Notes under the pieces: generated by a model
Told to the model about the DNA's origin: nothing
Database searches by the model: none
What the model saw: the letters and a program-made list of their open reading frames with translations, nothing else
Made by a program: the position numbers and the translations under genes
In this document: piece by piece, positions 20,621 through 32,100 of the stretch
Layout: each line of letters opens with the position of its first letter
How positions within the stretch are numbered: the stretch's first letter is position 1
Origin: an uncultured delta proteobacterium
GTDB lineage: Bacteria > Desulfobacterota > Binatia > UBA9968
DNA: 64,000 nucleotides
Assembly (NCBI GenBank): GCA_963728565.1
Contig: CAVSLC010000009.1
Coordinates: forward strand, 71,111 to 135,110
Direction: 5' to 3'

Positions 20621-20824
20621 CCAAGATCGAAGCTTTAGCGCCGTTGCAATAGTTCCAAGCGTACAATCGTTCAACTCGTTAACTCGCCAACGTGCAGAGT
20701 TTTGGATCTTCGGGACGGCATAATCTTATAAGGAGCCGGTAACGAGTGAAACACATGAAGATCAGGACAACCTCTAATAGAGAAGGCGCGCTCGTATCGA
20801 ACAACGATCGGTCTGTACGTAACG

Positions 20825-21823
20825 GTGGTCGCGCTTGCAGTGGCTTTGCCTTTGCAGGCGCAGACGTCCAAGAACTTCTACGAGGGCAAGACTATCACAT
20901 TTCTGGTCGGCTCTTCGGCGGGCGGCGGTACCGATCTGACCGCGCGTGTGATCGCTCGGCATATCGAACGTTACATTCCGGGCAAACCGCGCATCGATGT
21001 CGCCAACAAGCCGGGCGCAGGCGGCATGATCGCCGCCAATGAGCTCTATAACTTGAAAAAGCCCGATGGCCTGAGCATCAGCACGCTCAATACCGGGAGC
21101 CTGTTCGCTACCGCCACCGGCAATGAAGCGATCAAATTCGACTTGCAAAAGTTTATCTGGGTCGGCCAGGCATTCGATGACGCGCAGGTGCTCTATCTCA
21201 AAACTTCGACGCCGTATACGAGTTTTGATGCGATTCGGAAGGTCAATCGCGCAGGAAAACAGCCCAAGATGGGCGCCCAAGCGCTCGATCACACCAGTAA
21301 TGTCGTGGTCAAGATCGCCGAACAAATCTTTGGTCTCGACTTCCAAGTCATCCCGGGATATCCGGGCACGCCGCAGATACTGCTCGACATCGAACGCGGC
21401 GCCCTTGACGGCCGTGCCCAGGGAATCGGCTCTTTGATGGCGACCCGACGCGATTGGATCAAAAATGGCTACATCAAGATTTTGGCGACTTCAAAGAAGC
21501 GCCGCGACCCGCGCATTCCGGATATAGCGACGATGGAGGAGCTAGCGCCGGCGGGTAGCAAAGGCTTGTTGCAGGCATTGTACGCCGGGCAGAATCTCGC
21601 GCGCTCCGTGGTCTTGCCGCCGGGAGTGCCCGCTGATCGCGTGAAAATCCTGCGCGACGCTTTTGCCTCCATGACCCAAGACGAACATTTTCTAAAGGAA
21701 TCTGAAAAGTTGGGTTTGGAAGTAGATTTGATACGCGGCGAGGACATGAACCGCGATATCGAAGGCACACTGGGCGATAAACGGCTGATGGATCTATATC
21801 GGACGATCGCAACGGCGAAGTAA
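20825..21823 (+). CDS. Orphan TTT substrate-binding protein (TctC/Bug family); start uncertain
   Basis: FYEGKTITFLVG.SAGGGTD..AR, NKPGAGG.IAAN, KPDGL, GYPGT. Confidence 0.9.
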   Translation: MVALAVALPLQAQTSKNFYEGKTITFLVGSSAGGGTDLTARVIARHIERYIPGKPRIDVANKPGAGGMIAANELYNLKKPDGLSISTLNTGSLFATATGNEAIKFDLQKFIWVGQAFDDAQVLYLKTSTPYTSFDAIRKVNRAGKQPKMGAQALDHTSNVVVKIAEQIFGLDFQVIPGYPGTPQILLDIERGALDGRAQGIGSLMATRRDWIKNGYIKILATSKKRRDPRIPDIATMEELAPAGSKGLLQALYAGQNLARSVVLPPGVPADRVKILRDAFASMTQDEHFLKESEKLGLEVDLIRGEDMNRDIEGTLGDKRLMDLYRTIATAK

Positions 21824-21925
21824 ACAGTCGCAGCCTCCCCGGCCCGATCTCACTTCTTATTTTCTGCCGAACTCTGAGCCCTGATGTTCGCTGCTCGTAT
21901 CTTAACCTTGCCTGCTTGTTGTTAG

Positions 21926-23370
21926 ATGTTATCCGTTGCTTTCCTCATCGACTTCGGCAGCACCTTCACCAAAGTCGTTGCCGTTGACCTCGATAAATCT
22001 CTGGTGGTGGGTAGGAGCCAGGCTCCCACCACCATCCACACCGACGTGCGTGAGGGATTGCTCCAGGCGCTCTCCGTACTCCACGAACGCCACTCACTAT
22101 TTGCCCATCCACCCGAGAATCTAGACGTCTTGAGCGGGCACCTAGCTCTTGCTTCGAGCAGCGCCGCGGGCGGCTTGCGTATGGCGGTGATCGGTCTCGT
22201 ACCCGGTTTGACGCTGCTTGCGGCCAGCCAGGCAGCCCTGGGAGCCGGCGCCAAAGTGGTCGGCTCATTTGCTTTTAAGCTAGCCAGCAAAGCGATCGAC
22301 GAAATCGTCCGGTTACGGGCGGATATCGTGCTTCTTACCGGCGGCACCGACCGCGGAGATAGCGCAACGATTCTGCACAACGCCCGCCTGCTTGCGAACT
22401 CTTCAGTATCCGTGCCGATCATCGTCGCCGGAAACCAAGCAGTCCGGCGCGCAAGTATGCGAGATTTTACAAGCCGGCGGCAAAGAAGTTCGTCTGACCG
22501 GCAATGTGATGCCGAGTTCCGGACGTAATCGCAGTAGATTCCACGCGCGATGAGATACGCAAACTGTTCATCGAGCGAATCACGCATGCACGGGGAATGT
22601 CGGCGATCACTGAACTCGTTTCAGTTGTGCTGCCGACGCCTATGGCGGTGCTCAACGGGGTGAGGCTCGGCGCCGTTGGAACCGATCAAGAAGAAGGCTG
22701 GGGCGAAATGGTCGTGGTTGACGTTGGTGGCGCGACGACGGATGTGCACTCGATCGGCTACGGCTATCCCGCCGGTGAAAATGTCATAACCCAAGGACTC
22801 CCGGAGCCGTACGCCAAGAGAACCGTGGAAGGGGATCTGGGCATTCGTTTTAACGCCGCCACTCTTCTGGAGCAGGTCGGTCCGGATCGCTTCGATGCGG
22901 AATGGCGCTCGATGTTTCCTCCGTTACAAGTCTCGCGCGATGAGATCGGCCGCTACATCAACGAGATTAGCGAAAAAACTGCTCGTATTCCCGAGGAAAA
23001 GTGGCACGCGATTGCCGACGCTGTATTGGCGCGCCTCGCCGTAGATATTGCTCTGGAGCGTCATGTGGGCAAACGAGAAAGGATTGTGACTTCCGCGGGT
23101 GAGGCCTGGGTACACTACGGCAAAGACTTGCGCAGTACGCCACGGCTCATCGCAACTGGCGGCGTATTCGTACACAACCCTTATGGTCCAATGATCGTGC
23201 GCGGTTCCGGGAAAGGGCAGCTTGATGCGACGGTCCTCCGTCCGGAGCGCCCGCAGGTCTATTTGGATACCTCCTATATTCTCTATGCGATTGGGTTGCT
23301 TGGTGAGGATAGTCCGGACCTGGCGGTTCGGCTCTTTAAGACGTCTATGACTCCAGTCGCGGACAAGTGA
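21926..23370 (+). pseudogene. glmL: Glutamate mutase accessory protein GlmL/MutL family, frameshifted in this sequence
   Basis: DFGSTFTK, SSAAGGLRM, AALGAGA, LLTGGTDRG, PTP.AV, VDVGGATTDVHS, KRTVEGDLG; indels near 22445 and 22525. Confidence 0.85.
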
Positions 23371-23514
23371 GGTTATTTTTCAGCAGGTACGAAGGGCAAT
23401 ACGTCGAGTTGGGCAGATCCGTATTCGTAAAGCTTCGATCGAATCTGGTGGTGCGATGACAGTGGGTATTTGCTTAATCCTGTATCGGCGAACAGTGCGT
23501 TCGTTAGGATGGTC

Positions 23515-25028
23515 TTAATTCACACCGGAAACGACATTCCCATTCGGTGGCCGCTTATCTTTGGTTGGCCGTTCAAAAAAAGCATCTTCGCGATGAACAT
23601 AACCGCGAATTGTCTTGCCTTCGAAAACCGCCTGTACCTGAAGATAGTCTCCTTTGGCGCTGACTACCTTTATCCGTGTCGACGGTTCGAGCGTAGCTAT
23701 AATCTTGGCGTCTGCCCGAGGGCTACCGCGGACAAACGATGATTGTCCAACAACTTCAAAGGTTCCCAAACGCGAATCTCTCTTCTTGGGCGAGCTTTCT
23801 TGCGGTGGGGGTTGCTCGGAGTTGGGCGCAGAGGACGGTGCAGCATGATCTTTCGGAAGATCCTCCGGCTTCGCGCGCACCGCGGTTACGCCTTCGCGCA
23901 GGGCCAAAGAAAGCTCTGGCTCGCTGGTTCGTAACCTCACTGGACGATTTTGATATTCAGCAAGCGTTGCCGCCGGACGATTGTCTGAGTGGCGGCACTT
24001 GCCCGAGATACCCTTTAATCTGCTGAGAATACAAGGCTCCGCCGGCACCACCAAGGGCAAGCAAAGCCAGGACTAAGCCCATGGGTACCCATGCTAAACT
24101 TCTGCGCCGGGGCGGTTGCATAGCAGCGGTAGGACTGGACGATGTAGCCGGGGAGGTTTGAAGGGCGGAGTGGCGTATGTCCGGTGCGGTGAAAGCAACG
24201 CCACGGTTTGGCTCGGGACGATTTGCTAATCCAAGGTCGCGCGCAGCCTCTTGAACTATTTCAGTCGTGACTGTTTTCTTGCCGTCGGCATAGGCAAGAA
24301 GTAGTGCGTTATCGCAGATAATGTTAATCAATCGAGGAATACCGCCGGAAAACAAGCTGATATCCGCAAGTATCTCCGCATCGAATAAATCTTTACCGCG
24401 AAATCCTGCGCCACGAACTCTGAAGGTAATATAACGACTTACCTCGTCATTGGTGAGAGGAGTAAGGCGGCTGTGAATGACGATGCGTTGCTTGAGGTGG
24501 TGTAGTTTCGGCTGGTTCAGTCGGATTTGAAGCTCAGGTTGGCCGGTCAATACGATCTGTAGTAATTTTTCGCCGCCATATTGAAAGTTTGAAAGAAAAC
24601 GAATCGATTCGAATGTCTCATCGCTCAAGTTCTGCGCTTCATCGATCAGTAGCGCAACGATGCGGCGCCTACGAAACTGTGCGATCAGAGTAGTGGCGAA
24701 GCTGCTCGATGCTCGAAACCCGGTCCTGAGGATCGCTCACCAGACCCAGCTCACGGGAAACTAGCTGGATCAGCTCGGTTGAATTGAGTTGATCGTAAGA
24801 GATGAAGATAACCTGAATGGTCGAGCCCAAATCGCGAATAATCTTATCGAGCAGGGTGGTCTTTCCTGTGCCGACGTCGCCGGTCAGCAGGATTAAACCT
24901 TTTCTCCATTCAACGCCGTAACGCAGATTGGCAAAGGCCTCGCGATACAATTCGTTATCGTAAAATATTCGTGAATCTGGCGTGGCGCTAAACGGTGGCG
25001 CTAGGAAGCCAAAGTGTTCGTTGTACAT
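23515..25028 (-). pseudogene. ExeA/GspA-like AAA ATPase with TM helix and C-terminal SH3-like domain, frameshifted in this sequence
   Basis: MY.EHFG...PF..TPD, GDVGTGKT, LLIDEAQ (restored by removing one base near 24690), LQIVLTGQPEL, GIPRLINIICD; C-terminal VRGSP..DAKIIATL...GYV. Confidence 0.8.
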
Positions 25029-25635
25029 AAAAAGGCCGATGCCAGTCCGGTACGGCGACTAAGACCTAGCGCTCAGAACCTTTAGACTGATAATCGGAGC
25101 TGCGTTAACATTTTCAGCGATCGCCTAGCCGATCGACAAGCGAATACTCTCTTCGTCGGTTTAGAGGTTTAATATCATTTTATAATCTCGGCGCAATCGG
25201 CTGGTAATAAAACAGCAAGACATTGTTCGCACACTGTTGCGACGGTTGTCAAGAATGTTTTTTGGGAGCCTTCGCGTGAGATTCAAAAGCGTGGGGCGCA
25301 TGGCAGGTGCATTAGGCCCACGATTCAGACGCTTCAGCGTCTACCCGGACTCACTCGTAACAATTGAGCATCCGGCCGCTGTCGGTCAGGAGATAGAGAA
25401 ACCAATCGGGTTAACCAAGACAATTACCAGCGCAAACACAGTGGCCTGTTCAAGCCGATTCCGCATTCGAGTATTGTGCCGATTCATGTCGGTGTGTTGG
25501 CTAGCAGATATTGAGGCAACCAGGATGATCGTTGAGAGGTGCTTCGTGTTTTATGGTTAAGAACCCTGGGGGATGTGACAGAACTGAGCGATTGGCGAGA
25601 AGGCCGGCTGCGGAAGAATTGTCGGCAGCCGCAGG

Positions 25636-27267
25636 CTAATAGCCCGATATTGCCTGATTTGCTTGAGTTTCGATTGTCGGCTTTGGAGTGAATGGTAGCC
25701 AACGGTTTGTGAAGCCGATCTGGATGGGATGCTTAGCGTCTTCGCGATTCTTCAATCCATTTATCTCGAGCCGGTGCAACACAAGGTTATTCGAGACGGG
25801 TATAACTGTGACGACCACTGGAAAACCATCCCGCACAATACGCTCAGCGAAATCCTCGGCTTCTCTGCGGGACAGAAACGATGCCACGATGAGACGGAAA
25901 GAGCCGTCCGGTTGCTGACGCAGCAATGTTTCCTCATTCAGCGCAGGTAGTAAAAGGTCCTGTCCGGCATTAATCCAGTTTAGATTGGCAATGTCCGGGT
26001 TGAACTCTTTAATAAGGTCGATACCCAGTATCGCGCTCCTGCTGCCATATGCATCAGTGGCGATCTGAAAAACCGTCGAGCCGTTTTGAATCGTTAGCCG
26101 ATGATCATTCGATTTGACACCGATTTCGGCGGTTTGCTGTCGCGTATCTGCTATTTCTACGTTCGTCTTAGACCGGTTGGCATTTTGGCCGGTTACCAGT
26201 AAAGCCCACTCGGCTAAGTTTTTCTGATATCCGTTTAGAGACTCACTGTCGCCTGTGAAAAACCTTCCAGGATCGGTGAGGAAAGCAAATCCGAGTAGGA
26301 TGACGATCGCTAAAGAAGCGGCCGCAGCGGCTGCTAACGTACTTATCGGCTTGCGCTTGGAGATCGGAACTGTCGTTTCGCTCGAGAGTATTTCGGCGCC
26401 CGCAGTTGGTTCTGCGACGGCCCGGGCGCGGTCGGTTTGGGTAGGGATAAGCTGGTTGTCCGGCGCGATCCGTAGATCGCGAACCACTTCGCCGATAACC
26501 TCTGGAGAAACATATTTCTCCGAGCCAGCAAACGCTATCACTAAAGCATTATCACAAATTACATTGATTAGCCGTGGAATGCCCTTTGAATAGAAGGCGA
26601 TTTTCTCAACGGCGTCACTGTGGAATAACTCAGGATTGTCACAGCCGGCGACCCGGACCCGAAAATTGATGTAAGAACCTACCTCGTCATCTCTCAACCG
26701 AGCGAGTTCCGACCGAATTGCGATTCGCTGTTTGAGCTGCCTCAGGTGTGACTGATCAAGTTTGGCCTGAAGTTCAGGTTGACCCATTAGGACGATCTGA
26801 AGAAGCTTTTGGCGATCTGTTTCGAGATTCGAGAGAAGCCGCAATCCCTCCAACGATTCGTCGCTCAAATTTTGAACTTCATCTATGAGCAGGCAAACGG
26901 TTCGGCCATGCTCAAGTTGTTCGATCAGATAGTCGTTTAGTCCCTCTATCATGCTAAGCCGGTCTTTTCCTGCCGTTGGTAAGCCGAGCTCTCGCGAAAT
27001 TACCCGGAGCAGCTCATTGAAAGTAACATCAGTATTGAAAACCAGCACCGTCTGGATCGTCTTGTCTAAGCTGAGCATCAGCTTACGTAACAGCGTTGTT
27101 TTTCCGGTTCCTACCTCGCCGGTAACCGCAATGAATCCCTTTTTTGCTTCGATACCATAGCGAAGGTTTGCATACGCCTCCAGATAAACGGAATTGGCGT
27201 AAAAAAATCGTGGATCAGGAGTTATGCTGAAGGGCGATTCGCGAAATCCAAAGTGCTGTTCGTACAT
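25636..27267 (-). CDS. ExeA/GspA-like AAA ATPase with TM helix and LysM-like plus SPOR-like C-terminus
   Basis: GEVGTGKT, IDEVQ, GQPEL, GIPRLINVICD; IQNGSTVFQIA..YG...IKEFNPDI.NLNWI..GQ.LLLP (LysM-like); FRLIVASF.SR.EA (SPOR-like). Confidence 0.9.
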   Translation of the reverse strand: MYEQHFGFRESPFSITPDPRFFYANSVYLEAYANLRYGIEAKKGFIAVTGEVGTGKTTLLRKLMLSLDKTIQTVLVFNTDVTFNELLRVISRELGLPTAGKDRLSMIEGLNDYLIEQLEHGRTVCLLIDEVQNLSDESLEGLRLLSNLETDRQKLLQIVLMGQPELQAKLDQSHLRQLKQRIAIRSELARLRDDEVGSYINFRVRVAGCDNPELFHSDAVEKIAFYSKGIPRLINVICDNALVIAFAGSEKYVSPEVIGEVVRDLRIAPDNQLIPTQTDRARAVAEPTAGAEILSSETTVPISKRKPISTLAAAAAASLAIVILLGFAFLTDPGRFFTGDSESLNGYQKNLAEWALLVTGQNANRSKTNVEIADTRQQTAEIGVKSNDHRLTIQNGSTVFQIATDAYGSRSAILGIDLIKEFNPDIANLNWINAGQDLLLPALNEETLLRQQPDGSFRLIVASFLSRREAEDFAERIVRDGFPVVVTVIPVSNNLVLHRLEINGLKNREDAKHPIQIGFTNRWLPFTPKPTIETQANQAISGY

Positions 27268-27486
27268 GCCGTTAGCTATAGGTGATTAGCGGATGACCAA
27301 TGCTTCTGGTTGAAATCTCTAATGGAACAAGTCAGCTCGGCCTCTACCGGGGCCTACCTCAATCAGGACCGCTAAACCAGAATACAAACTAGGCATCGGC
27401 TGGCACTGAGCACAGAACGACTCCGATGTACCAACCGGATTGCAGTCTCGTTACTGCGGCCAGAGACACTGAGGAAGGTTAAAGAG

Positions 27487-27502
27487 TGCAACCTTTGTGC
27501 CT
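27487..27502 (-). promoter_or_regulatory. Sigma-54-like promoter upstream of the ExeA-like gene pair
   Basis: AGGCACAAAGGTTGCA on the minus strand (GG-N10-GC). Confidence 0.55.
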
Positions 27503-27834
27503 GCTTTGTAGCGCTCGATTGTTAGTATTTCGAGCAGCAGGCACTAATCCTGCCGCCGTCAAGCGGCAATCTCGCCTGCTCACGCTGGGAGAAGGAATTT
27601 ATCGGGTTTATACGTCGATAAGCTCGAACAAACAGATGCGATACGGGGATAAGCAGATGGCTACGGCGGCCGTCAATACTAGAGCAAGTCCGCCGTGATT
27701 ATCGTGGCAAGTCATTGGCGCATTGGGTTTTCGCATTATTTTGGGTTTGTACGGTCTGTTTTCTATAGCCGGGAAGTAGCTAATAGTGTAGATAGAAGCT
27801 ATTCTAGCCAGGATGCGATCACGAAAGGATAAGC

Positions 27835-28098
27835 ATGGCCGCACGTTACCGCAACCATCTGATTCTTGTTAAAGCTGACTTTGACTCTGAGTCGCGCTTC
27901 TGGAACGTAAGAGCGCATATCCAATTCAACCAACACATAACCTTTCGTGACGTTCTCATCACCGGTCCGAAGGACACGTTCAAAACCCAGAAGAGCGCCG
28001 AAACTCATATCATCCAAGAAGCAAAAAAATGGGTTGACAATAGACTTCGCGAGAATGCCGGTAAGACTAAGACTGCTGATACAGGCGTTGAAACGTGA
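27835..28098 (+). CDS. Hypothetical protein (87 aa)
   Basis: AAAGGA RBS, ATG start, globular-looking sequence. Confidence 0.65.
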   Translation: MAARYRNHLILVKADFDSESRFWNVRAHIQFNQHITFRDVLITGPKDTFKTQKSAETHIIQEAKKWVDNRLRENAGKTKTADTGVET

Positions 28099-28309
28099 CT
28101 GATCCTTGATCTCGCTTCTTAGCCTAATGCGCATCATTGATATTGCAGGAAATGAGATCTCCTTGTTAACGTTAGTTGCATGGCGTGATCTACTAAGGTC
28201 CCCTCTAGTATTTTGAAACAAGCACGTCACTATTGGAGTCTACCAATTGCTTCCTAGAACTCATGCATGACTTCCCAACCGTGGCATACTACAAGCGAGC
28301 GATTTACTC

Positions 28310-28501
28310 GTGAACGAAATACTCTGTGACCACTGTGAAGGGCCTCTGACGGGCAACGCTTATCGCGTACTAAGCGAAGAGGATGGCGTAAGGCTACTCG
28401 ACATGGTGGTATGTCATGCTTGTTATTTGGAAGCGCGAAGGATCGGACTCGAGACTGCCGAACTCGGCTCGATGGTACAGCAGCTGCCCGGGCGTAGCTA
28501 G
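28310..28501 (+). CDS. Small CxxC...CxxC zinc-ribbon-like protein
   Basis: CDHC and CHAC pairs in 63 aa. Confidence 0.6.
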   Translation: MNEILCDHCEGPLTGNAYRVLSEEDGVRLLDMVVCHACYLEARRIGLETAELGSMVQQLPGRS

Positions 28502-28808
28502 AACGATCCCGCGCGCTGGATTATTCCGGAAAACCCTCTGCTCACCCCCAAGGTGTCGGCGATCAGTTCAATCCGCTGCCTTCTGGCTCTAAACACGCAC
28601 TCGCCGATCGTAAGCCGATTTATAGTTAATACCGCGATCTCGCTATTTTATCTTTGCGCGATACCGGATAGCCGTGTGTTCCCGCTGGCATGGGTGCGGA
28701 TGTTGATAATAGCTATTTTTGAAGAGAGTCGGACGGCCGATTTCGAATCGCGTGCCTTTCTAATACGGGAATGTAAAAGAGTAGACGCACGACAGGAACC
28801 GGAGATGT

Positions 28809-29234
28809 TTAGGAGAGCGATTTCAAATAGGTGACGACAGCTTCAGCGTCGGCTCGCGTTAATCGAAATTTGGGCATAGGGGCTTTGGGGACTCTCCCGT
28901 CCGGTGTAATTCCTTCCGTTAATAATTTGATCCCATCTTGGATCGTATAGCCGGGTAGTCCTGCTATCGCTGGAGCCTTATATGCCCAATCGATCCTGAA
29001 GTTGGGCGGCGCTGAAACCGGAACCGGCCCGCCCTGTAAATATCGGGTTTCAAGCAACTCGCCCGTCTGATTACGAGGCGTGTGACACTGGACGCACATC
29101 GCCACCCGCTCGACGAGGTATTTCCCGCGGGAGATTCCATCCTCGATGTTGCCGACCTTATTGTTGCGGTCAGCGGCGGTTGCCAGCCACCAAGTCATAA
29201 AGCTAAACACTAAAGTTAGAAGTATTTTCGTCAC
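28809..29234 (-). CDS. Monoheme c-type cytochrome
   Basis: Signal peptide, RGKYL...CVQCHTPR, PMP axial Met; AGGAGG RBS. Confidence 0.92.
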   Translation of the reverse strand: MTKILLTLVFSFMTWWLATAADRNNKVGNIEDGISRGKYLVERVAMCVQCHTPRNQTGELLETRYLQGGPVPVSAPPNFRIDWAYKAPAIAGLPGYTIQDGIKLLTEGITPDGRVPKAPMPKFRLTRADAEAVVTYLKSLS

Positions 29235-29259
29235 CTACCCTCCTGTAATGAACCGAGTG

Positions 29260-29275
29260 AGCAACGTGCATGCCA
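29260..29275 (-). promoter_or_regulatory. Sigma-54 promoter of the cytochrome c gene
   Basis: TGGCATGCACGTTGCT on the minus strand. Confidence 0.75.
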
Positions 29276-29439
29276 TGTACCTATTAAACGAGCATAGAAT
29301 CACCGCGCAGGGGTTATTAATTGATGCGAATACGTCGATTCCATACATGATAAGAACTGCCCTGCTTGTCTCAATATTGAGATCACTGCGACGATCAATC
29401 ATTTACAACAATAGGGGTCGCACCCCATGCTGAGCTGCA

Positions 29440-29455
29440 TGGTACGTCGATTGCG
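29440..29455 (+). promoter_or_regulatory. Sigma-54 promoter of the oxidoreductase gene
   Basis: TGGTACGTCGATTGCG. Confidence 0.6.
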
Positions 29456-30129
29456 CTATTCGCTCTTGCTATAATTAAGACAACTCCAGTTTTAGCAATC
29501 ACCGTTCATCGGCTTCACAACGCCTTCAATTGAAGGGATCGAACATGCGCGCAATGGTTCTGCCACGGTTTGGGGGATCGAATCTGCGTGAAATGCACGA
29601 ATTAGAGCGTCCTGAACCCGGCTGTGGCGAAATTCTGGTTCGTGTTGTAGCTTCGGCGGTCAATCCCGTTGACGCAAAGCTGCGAGCGGATGGTGGTTGG
29701 GCCAAATTAGATCCGCCCGTGATTCTAGGGTATGACGTTGCCGGCATCGTGGAAGAGGTTGGACCCGGCATAACCGATTTCAAAATAGGCGACGAGGTCT
29801 ACTACACTCCGGAAATCTTTGGCAACCCACATGGGAGTTACGCCGATTACAATGTCGCATCCGCTGCGATCGTCGCGCGCAAACCGACTGGTCTGTCATT
29901 TGTCGAAGCCAGTGCGATTCCGCTTGCCGCGGGCACGGCTTGGGAGGCGGTAGTCCGCAGGTTAGCGCTTCGGCCCGGCGAAACCATTCTGATTCATGGC
30001 GGCGCAGGAGGGGTCGGTTCCTTTGCAGTTCAATTTGCCAAAGCCGCAGGGGCGAGAGTCCTGGCTAGCGCGAGCGCTGACAATCAAAACTTTTTAAGAC
30101 AGTTGGGTGCCGATGTGACCATTGATTAT

Positions 30130-31661
30130 CCCGGATTCAGCAGTTAACAATCATGATATAGAAGAGGGCAGAGAAAAAAGATAGCGGGAGTGAATGGTTA
30201 GGATGAGCAAGGCAAAACGAGACCGATCACCGCTGTATCCGAAGATTATGTTTGGGTTTACCGATCATCCTATCACGGTTTGGGCCGGGGTGATTTACTG
30301 CGGGTGTACTTTGAATGGATCAAGCTTAGAGAGGAGTTGAGCACCGGGTTGGCCAGTTTCACTAAGCGATCAAACAACCAGATAAGCGCAGTGGATGTGA
30401 TGTTGGGGTGGTTTTATGGATTAGCGTTAGGGGCCGAACGGTTTGAGCATTTTACGCGGTATCGGCGCGACGATTGTTGGGGGAGTTGTTGGGAATGGAA
30501 CGGTTTGCATCTTCCGACACGATACGGCGATTGTTTTTGCGATTTGACTATCGGCGTGTGACGAGGTGAGCGAGCGGTTGATGCGATTTAGTTTATCGCG
30601 GATGCGACCAATCATGTTGGGACACACCGTGGACTTAGACTCCACCGTGTTTTGCCGCTACGGGCACAGCAGGGAGTTTAAGAGGATACAATCCTCACAA
30701 ACCGGGGCGACCAGCCATCATCCTTGGTGGCGTTTTTAGCTGAAGGGAGACGTTTGTTACGGGCCACGCTACGAGTGGAGACACTGCACGCCAATGAGCG
30801 TGAGTTCATGACACAGGCACTGACGGCGCTTCCCCCAGGGCATCGGATCGCTATGGTACGGGCCGATGCAGGATTTTTCGAGAAACGGTTCTTGGATCAC
30901 TTGGAGAAAGAGCAGTTGCCCTACATTATTGTGGCTCGGTTAACGGCGGTGGTGCGCAAGCTGGTGATTCACCGGATACCATCTAAGGCCTGGCGCGTAG
31001 TGACACGGGGAGTGGAGGTGGCCGATGTTGAGGCCAGTTTGTCCAATTGGCGGGGTGCCCAGCGCCGTTTTGTCTGTCTGCGCCAGGAAGTTGTCGAGCG
31101 CCCCGAGGCACGCGGCAGACGTCTGGTGGATTTTCCTGGATACACCTATCGAGTCGTCATCACCAGTGTGCCGTATGCGGCCGAAGTGGTCACGCGCATG
31201 TATGCCGGGCGTGCCGACAGTGAGAACCGGATCAAGGAGTTAAAAGAAGATTTAAGCCTGGATACTTTTTGTCTCAAATCCTTTGATGCTACCGATGCCG
31301 CGTTTCGGATGGGCTGCATGCTGTACAACCTGTTAGCGGATTTTCGCGAAACTATGTTGCCGAGGCCATGGTTTGAGCGGCGGCTTAGGGCGCTGAGAGA
31401 TTTTGTCTTGGTCGTCGGGGCGGACTTGATTGCCCAAGGGCGCAGAGTTCAAATCCGTTTAGCCATGCCACAATCACAACGCGCGGAGTTTCTGCGCCGC
31501 TTGCGCACCGTCTCACAGGGACTTCCAATTGCGGCGCAGTTGGAATGGTCGGTAGTGGATCAGCCTGCAACTCATCCCGACAATATCATTACCCCGATCC
31601 CGCTTCTCACTCCAATTCCAACCACAAATTCTTCCCCATGAAATCTCTACTGCGGAATGGG
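30130..31661 (+). mobile_element. IS1380-family insertion sequence
   Basis: Imperfect terminal IRs cccggattcagcagt / actgcggaatggg; ATTAT direct repeats at 30125-30129 and 31662-31666. Confidence 0.88.
30203..31641 (+). pseudogene. IS1380 DDE transposase, multiply frameshifted in its 5' half
   Basis: DLDST, VRADAGF, Y.GRADSENRIKELK, YNL motifs. Confidence 0.85.
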
Positions 31662-32100
31662 ATTATCGCAAAGATGATGCGGCCGAGATCACGCTTCGGG
31701 AAACCTATGGCTATGGTGCGGATGCCGCGTTCGACATCGAAGGAATCGATATTGTAGCCCGTTGTTTGCCTGCGGTCCGACCGTTCGGTCGGGTCGCCTG
31801 TGTCTTGCCGCCGCAAGGTGATCTGTCTCCGCTTTATCAGAAAAAGATCACGTTGCACGGCACCTTTCTGACGCGCGAGCGCCGGCGGTTGGAGGAGATG
31901 CGGCCGCTATTTGAAAGAAAGCAGGTTCGTGCCGTGATCGACACGGTGCTTCCTCTGCAGGAGGTCGGTAAGGCCCATGACCGCCTCGATTCACATCACG
32001 GAAGAGGAAAGATCGTTTTGCAGGTCGGAAGCGACAATTAATCCGTAATCGCAATTCCGAACAGCAAACGTGTGTAAAAGGAGAGGGCTCGCATCTGCCG

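Larger units (their letters stand above)
29545..32041 (+). pseudogene. MDR/zinc-type quinone oxidoreductase interrupted by an IS1380-family element
   Basis: N-half (AVNPVD, GYDVAG, HGGAGGVG, GADVTIDY) resumes in frame at 31667 (RKDDAAEI...GRGKIVLQV) once the IS and one TSD copy are removed. Confidence 0.9.

Noticed and set aside
19919-20674. Long antisense ORFs, also at 49901-50629, 57303-57962 and 6795-7448
   Set aside because: Shadow frames of well-supported genes, with no motifs
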